20,922 bases of DNA from Candidatus Rokuibacteriota bacterium (GTDB taxonomy: Bacteria; Methylomirabilota; Methylomirabilia; Rokubacteriales; CSP1-6): NCBI GenBank assembly GCA_016184305.1, contig JACPCX010000126.1, positions 1-20,922 on the forward strand, written 5' to 3'. Of the stretch, positions 8,933-16,648 are shown piece by piece. The stretch's first letter is position 1. Every line of letters begins with the position of its first letter. Below the pieces are notes generated by a model that was given only the letters and a program-made list of their open reading frames with translations, did not search any database and was not told where the DNA came from. A program made the position numbers and the translations under genes.

Positions 8933-9556
8933 CTATAGGTCGATCCTCCGCCGGGCCAGCGCGCGCTCCCACTTCCCGGCGTCGTTGTCATCGAACACCA
9001 CGTCGTCGTCCGGCACGGCGGTGACCCAGTCTCCTCGCTCCTGCTCGGCCTCGAGCTGGCCGGGCGCCCATCCCGCATAGCCCAGCACGAACAGCGCTCG
9101 CCGCGGCCCCTGGCCCAGGCCGATGCTGCGGAGGATCTCGGTGCTCGCGGTGAGGGCGAAGCGGGGAGTCACCGCCATGGTTCCGTCGCCCGCGTAGTCG
9201 GCGGTGTGAAGCACGAGGCCGCGTCCCCCTTCGACGGGCCCGCCCCAGTGGATGCGGATGCTCCCGCTGACGCCCGCGCTGTCGAGTCCCAGCCGCCCGA
9301 GGAGATCCGCGAGCGGGGCCTCGCCGATCCGGCGGTTCACCGTGACCCCCATCGCGCCGGTAGCGTCGTGGCGGACGATGGCGATGACGGTACGGGCGAA
9401 GCGCGGATCGCGCATGCCGGGCGCCGCCACGAGGAGCTGACCGGCGAGGCTCCTGTGCCCGGGCTGCGCCAGAGCGACCTGGCCGGGAGCCCCGGGCATC
9501 ACGAGCCCGACGACGAGCACCGCAAGCAGTCCCCCCGCGATCCAGGCCTGCCTCAT
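8933..9556 (-). CDS. YqgE/AlgH (DUF179) family protein with N-terminal signal-peptide-like extension
   Basis: LAGQLLVAAPGMRDPRFARTV, GAMG...NR, WGGPVE, GYAGWAPGQLEAE...W and KWERAL. Confidence 0.9.
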   Translation of the reverse strand: MRQAWIAGGLLAVLVVGLVMPGAPGQVALAQPGHRSLAGQLLVAAPGMRDPRFARTVIAIVRHDATGAMGVTVNRRIGEAPLADLLGRLGLDSAGVSGSIRIHWGGPVEGGRGLVLHTADYAGDGTMAVTPRFALTASTEILRSIGLGQGPRRALFVLGYAGWAPGQLEAEQERGDWVTAVPDDDVVFDDNDAGKWERALARRRIDL

Positions 9557-9683
9557 AGGGGCAGGGTACCGCATACCCGGGCGTCAGCGCGCCGCCGCGG
9601 CGACTGCCTTCTTGTGGTCGAGCGATTCGTGCACCTGTCCCTGGTACTGCCGTTCGGTCACCTGCGGTGGCATGGGGGGAGCG

Positions 9684-10121
9684 TCAGCGGGGAGGCGCCG
9701 GCTCCGACCCGCCGGACGCGCCTGCGGCCTGTGGCTGGCGGGTGAGCAGCCCGGCGATGGATTCGAGCAGCCGCTCGCGCCGGGTGCCCGGGCCGAAGAT
9801 GGCGGCGGCGCCGAGCCGCGAGAGCTCGACCTTCATGTCGGGGGTGACCACGCCGCCGACCACCAGCGGCACGCGTCCCAGCCCCACGCCCTCGAGCGTC
9901 TGGCGCATGCGCCGGGTGGCGTAGACGGGGTCGCTGCTGAGACAGCTCACGCCCACCAGCTCGGCGTCTTCCTGGAGCGCGATCTGGGCCACGCGCTCCG
10001 GGGTGTTGTAGAGGCCCGCGTAGACCACTTCGTGTCCGCCCTCGCGCAGCCACCGGGCCACCGCCGTCACCCCGAGGTCGTGCGCGTCGCTGCCGAGCTT
10101 CGCCAGGACGATGCGCGCCAT
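9684..10121 (-). CDS. Cobalamin-binding small subunit of an acyl-CoA mutase
   Basis: AKLGSDAHDLG (DxHxxG base-off/His-on motif), GVSCLS, VVGG and FGPGT; 2 nt after the large-subunit stop. Confidence 0.93.
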   Translation of the reverse strand: MARIVLAKLGSDAHDLGVTAVARWLREGGHEVVYAGLYNTPERVAQIALQEDAELVGVSCLSSDPVYATRRMRQTLEGVGLGRVPLVVGGVVTPDMKVELSRLGAAAIFGPGTRRERLLESIAGLLTRQPQAAGASGGSEPAPPR

Positions 10122-10123
10122 GG

Positions 10124-11746
10124 CTAGCCCTCGACCGTGTGGCCGATGGCCTCGCCGAAGGTGCGGCACACCTCGCCGATGGTGGCGCCCGCCTCGACGG
10201 CCGCGAGGACGGGGGGCATCACGTTCTCGCCGGCCGCCGTCGCGCGGCGGAGCGCGTCGAGGGTCGGCTGGAGCGCCGGCGCCTGGCGGCGCGCGCGGTA
10301 CTCGCGGACGTAGCGCAGGCGCGCCTCTGGCATCTCCTGCTCATAGGCGAAGAACTCCATCTTCGGCTCCTCTGCTTCCTCGTCGCGGAAGCAGTTGACT
10401 CCCACGACCGGTTGATCGCCCGACTCCATCCGATCCATGTGCTCGACGCGCGCCTCCCGGATCTGTTGCTCCACCCAGCCGGCCTTGAACACGGAGACGA
10501 AGCCGCCCCGCGCCCGGATGTCGTCCATCATCGTGAGGATGTCGGCCTCGAGCCGGCCGGTCAGCCACTCCACGAGATGGGAGCCGCCCAGGGGGTCGGC
10601 GCTCTTGACCACGTTGGTCTCGTACCCGATCACCTGCTGGGTCCGGATCGAGAGGCGATGGGAGGCCTCCGAGGGGAGCGCGTACGCCTCGTCGTAGGAG
10701 GTCGTGTGGATGGACTGGCTGCCGCCCAGCACCGCCGCCAGCGTCTGGATGGCCGCGCGGACGATGTTGTTCAGCGGCTCCTGGGCCGTGAGCGGCAAGG
10801 CCGCGGTCTGGATGGCCGTGCGGAACCAGCACGAGCGGTCGTCCTTCGCGCCCAGGCGCTCCCGCATGAGACGGGCCCAGATCCGCCGCATGGCACGGAG
10901 CTTGGCCACCTCCTCGAAGAGGTCCATGTGGGCGGCGGTGAAGAAGGCCATCCGCTGGGCGAAGGCGTCCGCGTCGAGGCCACGCGCGATCAGCCGCTCC
11001 GCGTACTCGAGCGCGAGCGAGAGCGCGAAGGCCGCCTCCTGGATCGCGTTGATGCCTGTCTCGCGCATGTTGTAGGCGTTGACGTTCACGATGTTCCACC
11101 GGCGCATCTCGCGGGTGCAGTACTCCATGACGTCGAGCCCCACGCGCACGCTGAAATCGATGGGGAAGAAGTGCGTGATGGCCTGCTGCGTCGCGCCGGC
11201 GAGCTGCGTCAGGGCGCAGTTCATGATGGTGCCGATCAGGGCGGCCGGCGGGATCCCCCGCCGGCGCGCCACGGCCAGGTACATGGCGAGGAACGGGGCC
11301 GAGGCGGGAGGCTGGACGATGAGCGTGCTCGACACCCTGTCCAGCGGGATGCCGTCGAAGAGCTGTTCCATGTCTTCCAGCGTGGCGATGGAGGTGCCCT
11401 GGCGGCCGACCTCGCCCTCGAACAGCGGATGGTCCGGGTCGAAGCCGAGCTTGGTCGCCATGTCGGTGTCGATGTTGAGCCCGGTGGCGCCCTGGCGCAG
11501 CAGGTAGTGGAGCCGCTCGTTGGACTCCCGCGGCGTCCCGTAGCCGGACTGCTGCCGGCGGGTCCACAGCCGCTGCCGGTACATCTCCGTGTGGATCCCG
11601 CGGGTGAAGGGGTACTCGCCCGGGCGCTCGGCCGCCGCCGAGGGGCGGTGGGCGAGGAACGGCGGCAGCTCGATCCCCGACAGCGTGTTGAAGTCGGCGG
11701 GGCGCTCGCCCTCGAGGTACCGGTCAAACAGCCGATCCGTGCTCAT
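10124..11746 (-). CDS. Adenosylcobalamin-dependent acyl-CoA mutase, large (substrate-binding) subunit; substrate unknown
   Basis: PGEYPFTRGI, EGEVGRQG, FEEVAKLRAMRRIWA, QT..LTAQEPLNNIVR, AAVLGGSQSIHT.SYDEA, RTQQ, DPLGGS and VVGVN. Confidence 0.95.
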   Translation of the reverse strand: MSTDRLFDRYLEGERPADFNTLSGIELPPFLAHRPSAAAERPGEYPFTRGIHTEMYRQRLWTRRQQSGYGTPRESNERLHYLLRQGATGLNIDTDMATKLGFDPDHPLFEGEVGRQGTSIATLEDMEQLFDGIPLDRVSSTLIVQPPASAPFLAMYLAVARRRGIPPAALIGTIMNCALTQLAGATQQAITHFFPIDFSVRVGLDVMEYCTREMRRWNIVNVNAYNMRETGINAIQEAAFALSLALEYAERLIARGLDADAFAQRMAFFTAAHMDLFEEVAKLRAMRRIWARLMRERLGAKDDRSCWFRTAIQTAALPLTAQEPLNNIVRAAIQTLAAVLGGSQSIHTTSYDEAYALPSEASHRLSIRTQQVIGYETNVVKSADPLGGSHLVEWLTGRLEADILTMMDDIRARGGFVSVFKAGWVEQQIREARVEHMDRMESGDQPVVGVNCFRDEEAEEPKMEFFAYEQEMPEARLRYVREYRARRQAPALQPTLDALRRATAAGENVMPPVLAAVEAGATIGEVCRTFGEAIGHTVEG

Positions 11747-12368
11747 GGAAGCCTCCTTGGCCGAGGCCGCGCACCAGGTAGCGCGCGAAGGTCTCGCCGA
11801 TCTCCTTGGGGGTGCGCTCGCCGTCGGGTGAGTACCACCGGGGAATCCAGTTCATCGCGCCCAGCATCGCCAGGACGACCATCTTGGGATCGCAGGGGGC
11901 GAAGGCCTCGCTCGCGACTCCCTCCTCGACGATGCGCCTCAGCCGGCGCTCGTACTCGTCCCGCCGGCTGACGAGGTCGCGGTAGAGCCTGGGGGAGAGC
12001 ATGCCCTCCGTGAGCACGACGCACCCGTTGAGCCGGTCGGTGATGCCCTCGATGAAGTGCCGGAGCGCCACGTAGAGCTTGACGTCGGCCGGATCCGCCA
12101 GCGCCTCCGCCATCTGGACCCCCTCCATCGCGACATCGAGGGCCGTCGAGTGGCACTGGAAGATGATCTCCGCCTTGCCCTTGACGTAGTAGTACAGCGC
12201 CGCCTTGCTCACGCCCAGCTCGCGCGCGATGTCCCCCATCTTGGTGGCCTGATAGCCCTTGCGGTTGAAGCAGCGCGCGGCGCTCTGGAGGATGATCTCG
12301 AGGCGGACATTCCTCACGTGCTGGCGCGCGGCGCCGCGGTCGTTCCATCTCGCCTGCGGTTGACCCAT
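11724..12368 (-). CDS. TetR/AcrR-family regulator (KstR2/PaaR-like C-terminus)
   Basis: HTH FNRKGYQATKMGDIARELGVSKAALYYY and C-terminal GAMNWIPRWYSPDG; overlaps the mutase start by 23 nt. Confidence 0.93.
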   Translation of the reverse strand: MGQPQARWNDRGAARQHVRNVRLEIILQSAARCFNRKGYQATKMGDIARELGVSKAALYYYVKGKAEIIFQCHSTALDVAMEGVQMAEALADPADVKLYVALRHFIEGITDRLNGCVVLTEGMLSPRLYRDLVSRRDEYERRLRRIVEEGVASEAFAPCDPKMVVLAMLGAMNWIPRWYSPDGERTPKEIGETFARYLVRGLGQGGFHEHGSAV

Positions 12369-12380
12369 GGTTCGAATTCT

Positions 12381-12395
12381 CCGACTCTTTAGTCA
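12381..12395. promoter_or_regulatory. Candidate TetR operator, copy 1
   Basis: CCGAC-TCTTT-AGTCA with inner GACT-N4-AGTC palindrome, overlapping the tetR ribosome-binding region. Confidence 0.5.
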
Positions 12396-12500
12396 ATCTC
12401 AGACACTACACTCGGGTCCCCCCATCCAGTAAATGGAGCAATGACATCATTTCTACACCCTGATATGCCTATTGCGGCGGCGCGTTGCCTGGGCGATTCT

Positions 12501-12516
12501 ACCGACCGGTCAGTCA
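12501..12516. promoter_or_regulatory. Candidate TetR operator, copy 2
   Basis: ACCGACCGGTCAGTCA near-palindrome (CCGAC-N5-AGTCA), adjacent to a minus-strand TAGAAT at 12496-12501. Confidence 0.6.
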
Positions 12517-12544
12517 TGATCTTGTGAATGCTGGAGGGGTACCC

Positions 12545-13849
12545 ATGGCGGAGCGCTTCGACTGCGTGGTGATCGGGGCCGGCATCGGCGGCCTGGCGGC
12601 CGCCGCCCGCCTCGCAGCGGCGGGGCTCCGCCCGCTGGTCGTGGAGGAGCGCGATCGCGTCGGGGGACGCTTCTCCTCGGTGGACGTGGAGGGCTTCCGC
12701 GTGAGCACCGGCGCCGTGGCCGTGGAGTGCGGCGGCGTGCTGGAAGAGACATTCCGCGTCGTCGACGCGCCGTTCGAGGTGAGGCGGCCGGAGCCGGCGG
12801 TGGTGTTCCGGATCGGCGGGAAGGACCGGAGCTTCGGCGGCGGGTGGCGGCAGATCTTCGAGATGTTCGTCACGCGCGGGGCGCGGATGCTGGCGGCCAT
12901 CCACGAGGAGGTCGGCCGCTCGGCCGTGGAGGGCGGGCTCTCGCTCAGGCAGTGGCTACTCGGGTACACGGAGCACGCGGTGCTGCACGGCATCTTCCAG
13001 TCGCTGGCCGCGTCCATCTTCGCGGTCAACGCCGACGAGATCCCCGCCCGCACGTTCTTCGAGCACTTCATGGCGCGCGGGGGGTTCAAGCGCTTCGGCT
13101 TCGCCCCGCATGGCTGCCTCGGGCTCGTGGAGCCCCTGGCCCGCGCCATCGAGGCCCGCGGCGGCGCCGTCTGGACCGGGAGCGCGGTGGAGCGGATCCT
13201 CGTGCGCGCCGGCGCGGTGGTGGGGGCCGTCTGCCGGCGGCAGGGCGCCGCGGTGGAGATTCCCGTGTCCGCCATCGTGAGCAACGCGGGCCCGCGGGAG
13301 ACCCTGGCGCTGCTGGACGAGGCGACCGTGCCCCGGGACTATCGCGAGCGGGTCGAGACCCGCGTCCGCCCCGCTGCCAATGTGGCCCTGTACTTCACGA
13401 GCAGCCGGCCCCTCGTGGCGGCCCCCGGGCTCGTGACGTTCGTCGAGGGGCAGCGGGTCTGCAACCTCGCCAACCTCGGCCAGCTCTGCCCCGAGCTGAC
13501 GCCGGGCGGCGAGCCGCTCTACGTCGCCTTCGGCGTGCCCCGGCCTTCGCTGGGCTCCTTCGATGCCGACGAGACCATCCGGCTGATGAAGGAGGATCTC
13601 GCGTCACAGGTGCCCGGGTTCACGGAGTCGGGGCGGGTGCTGACCGTGAGCGTGATGCGGGGGAGCTGGCCGGCACAGCGTGCCTGCGCCGGGCACGATC
13701 TGCCTCAGCGCACGCCCATCCGGGGGCTCTGGCATGTCGGCGACGGCGTGAAGCCGGCGGGGTGGGGCGGAGCCTCGGCCTGCGCCGAGAGCGCGAGGCT
13801 GGCCGTCCTGGGTCTGCTCGGGGGCCATAGGGTCTCGTCCGCTCGATGA
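12545..13849 (+). CDS. FAD-dependent oxidoreductase, phytoene desaturase-like (COG1233-type)
   Basis: DCVVIGAGIGG, E...RVGGR, STGA, IVSNAGP and TPIRGLWHVGDG...G...CAESA; SD GGAGG before ATG 12545. Confidence 0.9.
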   Translation: MAERFDCVVIGAGIGGLAAAARLAAAGLRPLVVEERDRVGGRFSSVDVEGFRVSTGAVAVECGGVLEETFRVVDAPFEVRRPEPAVVFRIGGKDRSFGGGWRQIFEMFVTRGARMLAAIHEEVGRSAVEGGLSLRQWLLGYTEHAVLHGIFQSLAASIFAVNADEIPARTFFEHFMARGGFKRFGFAPHGCLGLVEPLARAIEARGGAVWTGSAVERILVRAGAVVGAVCRRQGAAVEIPVSAIVSNAGPRETLALLDEATVPRDYRERVETRVRPAANVALYFTSSRPLVAAPGLVTFVEGQRVCNLANLGQLCPELTPGGEPLYVAFGVPRPSLGSFDADETIRLMKEDLASQVPGFTESGRVLTVSVMRGSWPAQRACAGHDLPQRTPIRGLWHVGDGVKPAGWGGASACAESARLAVLGLLGGHRVSSAR

Positions 13850-14991
13850 AGGCACAGCGCTATCCTCAACATTCGCCGTCGGGGAAGTTTCCAGATGGAC
13901 CGGCTCCGCGGTATTGATGCCCACGAACCCGGGGCAAAGGAGCACCTCGTGGCATTGGCATCGATCCCGCTGAGTTCCACGGTGACCGGAGTCCGCGCTG
14001 GCTGCTCCCGAGTCACCGGGCAGATCGAGTCCGCCGCCAGGGTGCCGGAGATCACGACCGCCTCGACGCCGGCGCCGGGGAAAACCCCCGCCCCGGCGAG
14101 GACGAGCCCCTCCACGGGCGACTTGATCGGCGGCTGCCACTGCCCGACTCCCGCGCCGTAGATCGCGCCGCCCGTGGTCCACGCGTAGCGGGCGAAGGTC
14201 GCGGGGCTGCCCTCCTGGCGATACACGATGTGGCCGCGCAGCCCGGGCAGCGCCTGCTCGGCCTCGGCGATGAGCGCATCTCCGAGGCTCCGCTTTTTCG
14301 CAGCGTAGCCGGGGGTCTTGCGCTTCCACGCCCCGCCGGCGATGGGCGGCATGAGCGTGATCAGGCTCACGCTGCTGTGACCCCGGGGGGCCAGCGACGG
14401 ATCGACCTTCGAGGGGATGGCGATGCCGAGCCGCCGCCCACCCGCGGCCAGCATGGTGATGGGCTCGACGTCGGGGACATAGTCGACGCCCAGGAACACG
14501 ACGAAGGCCGACGTCGATGGCCGGATATCGTCCACGCGGCGGGTGAAGTCCGGCGGCAGATGCTCACGGCCCACCAGGTCGAGGAAGGTGCGGCGGGCAT
14601 CCGCGTTGGAGACGATGGCCGCGGCCCGGTCCAGCCGGCCGTCGCCGGAGACGACGCCCGCCGCGCGGCCCTTGTCGACCACGATCCGCTGCACCGCCGT
14701 CCTGAGGCGGATCTCGCCCCCATGCGATCGGATGACGCCCGCGAGGGCGTCGGCCAGCGCCTGGGAGCCGCCGGCCGGATAGTAGCCCCCATCGAAGTAG
14801 TAGCCGAAGATCGGCGCCATGGCGAAGACCGTGAGTGTACGGGGATCGTCGCTCAGATAGCCGGTGAGCACCGAGAGGAAGTCCTTCAGGCGCGGGTCGA
14901 GGAAGTACCGGTCCAGCAATGCGCCGAAGGGGACGTGCATCCAGCGGAACGCGTGCGGGTGAAGCGCCGGATAGGCCAGCATGGCGTCCAC
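13705..14991 (-). pseudogene. N-terminally truncated phytoene-desaturase-family oxidoreductase
   Basis: Has GYYPAGGSQALADAL, VSNAD, SKVDPSLAP, SPATFARY..GGAIYG and GLVLAGAGVFPGAGV, but no GxGxxG FAD-binding start in frame upstream. Family-like sequence ends near 14000; the frame reads on and overlaps the opposite gene by 145 nt. Confidence 0.8.
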
Positions 14992-15020
14992 GGTAGCCTC
15001 GCTGGTGAGGAGGAGACCCG

Positions 15021-15665
15021 ATGAGGAAGCGACCGGGGGGCCCCCGATCCGCGCGCCGGCGCGGGAGCTACCACCACGGCAATCTGCGCCGGGCGCTGCT
15101 CGACGCCGCGCTCGAGCTCGTCGAGACCCAGGGCGCCGAGGCGCTGACGCTCAGGGCTGCGGCGCGACGGGCCGGCGTCTCCCCGGCCGCCCCGTACCGC
15201 CACTTCGCCGACAAGCGGACCCTGCTCGCGGCGGTGGCCGAGGAGGGATTCCGGGCGCTGACGGAGGCCATGCGACAGGCCACGGCCGCGCATGGCGACG
15301 AGCCGCTCGGCCCCTTCCGCGCGCTCGGGCTCAGCTACATCAGGTTCGCGGTGAGCCACCCTGCCCACTTCCGCGTGATGTTCGGGCGCGAGATCGCTGA
15401 CAAGTCCGCGCACCCCGACCTCCTCGACGCGGCCGCCGTGACCTTCGGCCTGCTCGTCGAGGGCCTCGCCGGCTGCCAGCGGGCCGGGCTCGCGCGCGAG
15501 GGCGACCCCGCGGAGCTGGCGATCTCGGCCTGGGCCGCCGTGCACGGGCTGTCAGCCCTGCTGCTCGACGGTCAGCTGGGGCCCTGGGACCAGGAGCGGG
15601 TGGAGCAGCTCGCCCACGGCGTCACCGCCAGCCTCTTCCTGGGCCTCGGTCCCCAGCGCGCGTGA
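15021..15665 (+). CDS. TetR/AcrR-family regulator (WHG-type C-terminal domain)
   Basis: YHHGNLRRALL, RRAGVSPAAPYRHFADK and AWAAVHG; SD GAGGAG. Confidence 0.93.
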   Translation: MRKRPGGPRSARRRGSYHHGNLRRALLDAALELVETQGAEALTLRAAARRAGVSPAAPYRHFADKRTLLAAVAEEGFRALTEAMRQATAAHGDEPLGPFRALGLSYIRFAVSHPAHFRVMFGREIADKSAHPDLLDAAAVTFGLLVEGLAGCQRAGLAREGDPAELAISAWAAVHGLSALLLDGQLGPWDQERVEQLAHGVTASLFLGLGPQRA

Positions 15666-15799
15666 GCCTGCGCGGCCGGCATGCTACACTCGCCGCCACC
15701 AAGAACCAGGGGCTCAACCCCAACAGCATCGTCCTGCTGCCGGCGCGGCCGTAGCGGCGGCCGGAGTCACGCAGTGAACAGCAACCGAGGAGGACGGCG

Positions 15800-16639
15800 A
15801 TGAAAGCGCACAAGGTCACGGGCGGTGGCGGCATCACGCTCCATGTCGAGGAGACGGGGAGCCGGAGGGGACGGCCAATCCTGTTCATCCACGGCTTCTC
15901 CCAGTGCCGGCTGGCGTGGGAAAAGCAGATGGAGTCGGACCTCGCCCGGGACTTCCGCCTGGTGGCGATGGACATCCGCGGGCACGGGCTCTCCGACAAG
16001 CCCCGCGACGCGTACGGCGACTCGAAGCTCTGGGCCGACGACGTGCGCGCGGTCATCGAGGCCCTGCGCCTCGATCGCCCGATCCTGAGCGGCTGGTCCT
16101 ACGGCGGCCTCATCATCTGCGATTATGTCCGGGTCTACGGCGAGGATCGCATCGGCGGGATCAACCTGGTGGGCGCAGTCACCAAGATCGGCACGGACCC
16201 GGCCTTCGCCCTCATCGCGCCTGCCTTCCTCGGCATCGCCCCCGGCTTCTTCTCCAACACGGTCGAGGAGAGCGTGAAGAGCCTCGAGGCCTTCATGCGC
16301 CTGTGCGTGCACAAGCCCCCGTCGCCCCGCGACTACTACTTCTTCCTCGGCTACAACGCCATCGTGCCCCCGCACGTGCGGGAGGGGCTCTTCTCGCGGA
16401 AGATCGAGAACGACGACCTGCTGCCGCGGCTCTCCACACCGGTCCTGATCACGCATGGCCAGAAGGACGGGATCGTCCGGCCCGCCGCGGCCCGGCAGCA
16501 CGCGGCGGCCATCTCCCAGGCCAAGCTCTCGCTCTACCCCAACGTGGCCCACGCCCCGTTCTGGGAGGCCGCCCCGCGCTTCAACCGTGAGCTGAGGGCC
16601 TTCGCCAAATCGGTGGCGCGGGACGGGAAGAAGCGGTAG
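15800..16639 (+). CDS. Alpha/beta hydrolase (non-haem haloperoxidase/arylesterase-like)
   Basis: FIHGF, DIRGHGLSDKP, nucleophile GWSYGG, HGQKD and HAPFWE; SD GAGGAGG. Confidence 0.93.
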   Translation: MKAHKVTGGGGITLHVEETGSRRGRPILFIHGFSQCRLAWEKQMESDLARDFRLVAMDIRGHGLSDKPRDAYGDSKLWADDVRAVIEALRLDRPILSGWSYGGLIICDYVRVYGEDRIGGINLVGAVTKIGTDPAFALIAPAFLGIAPGFFSNTVEESVKSLEAFMRLCVHKPPSPRDYYFFLGYNAIVPPHVREGLFSRKIENDDLLPRLSTPVLITHGQKDGIVRPAAARQHAAAISQAKLSLYPNVAHAPFWEAAPRFNRELRAFAKSVARDGKKR

Positions 16640-16648
16640 GGCGAGGGC

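Noticed and set aside
4130..11971. Long alternative-frame and antisense ORFs (e.g. 4130-5482+, 5582-7717-, 6301-7905+, 10139-11971+)
   Set aside because: Shadow ORFs expected at high GC; they have no recognisable motifs and overlap well-supported genes.
12369..12544. Cobalamin riboswitch upstream of the mutase operon
   Set aside because: No B12-box or GGGAA...GCCACTG core seen on either strand; operators explain the region better.
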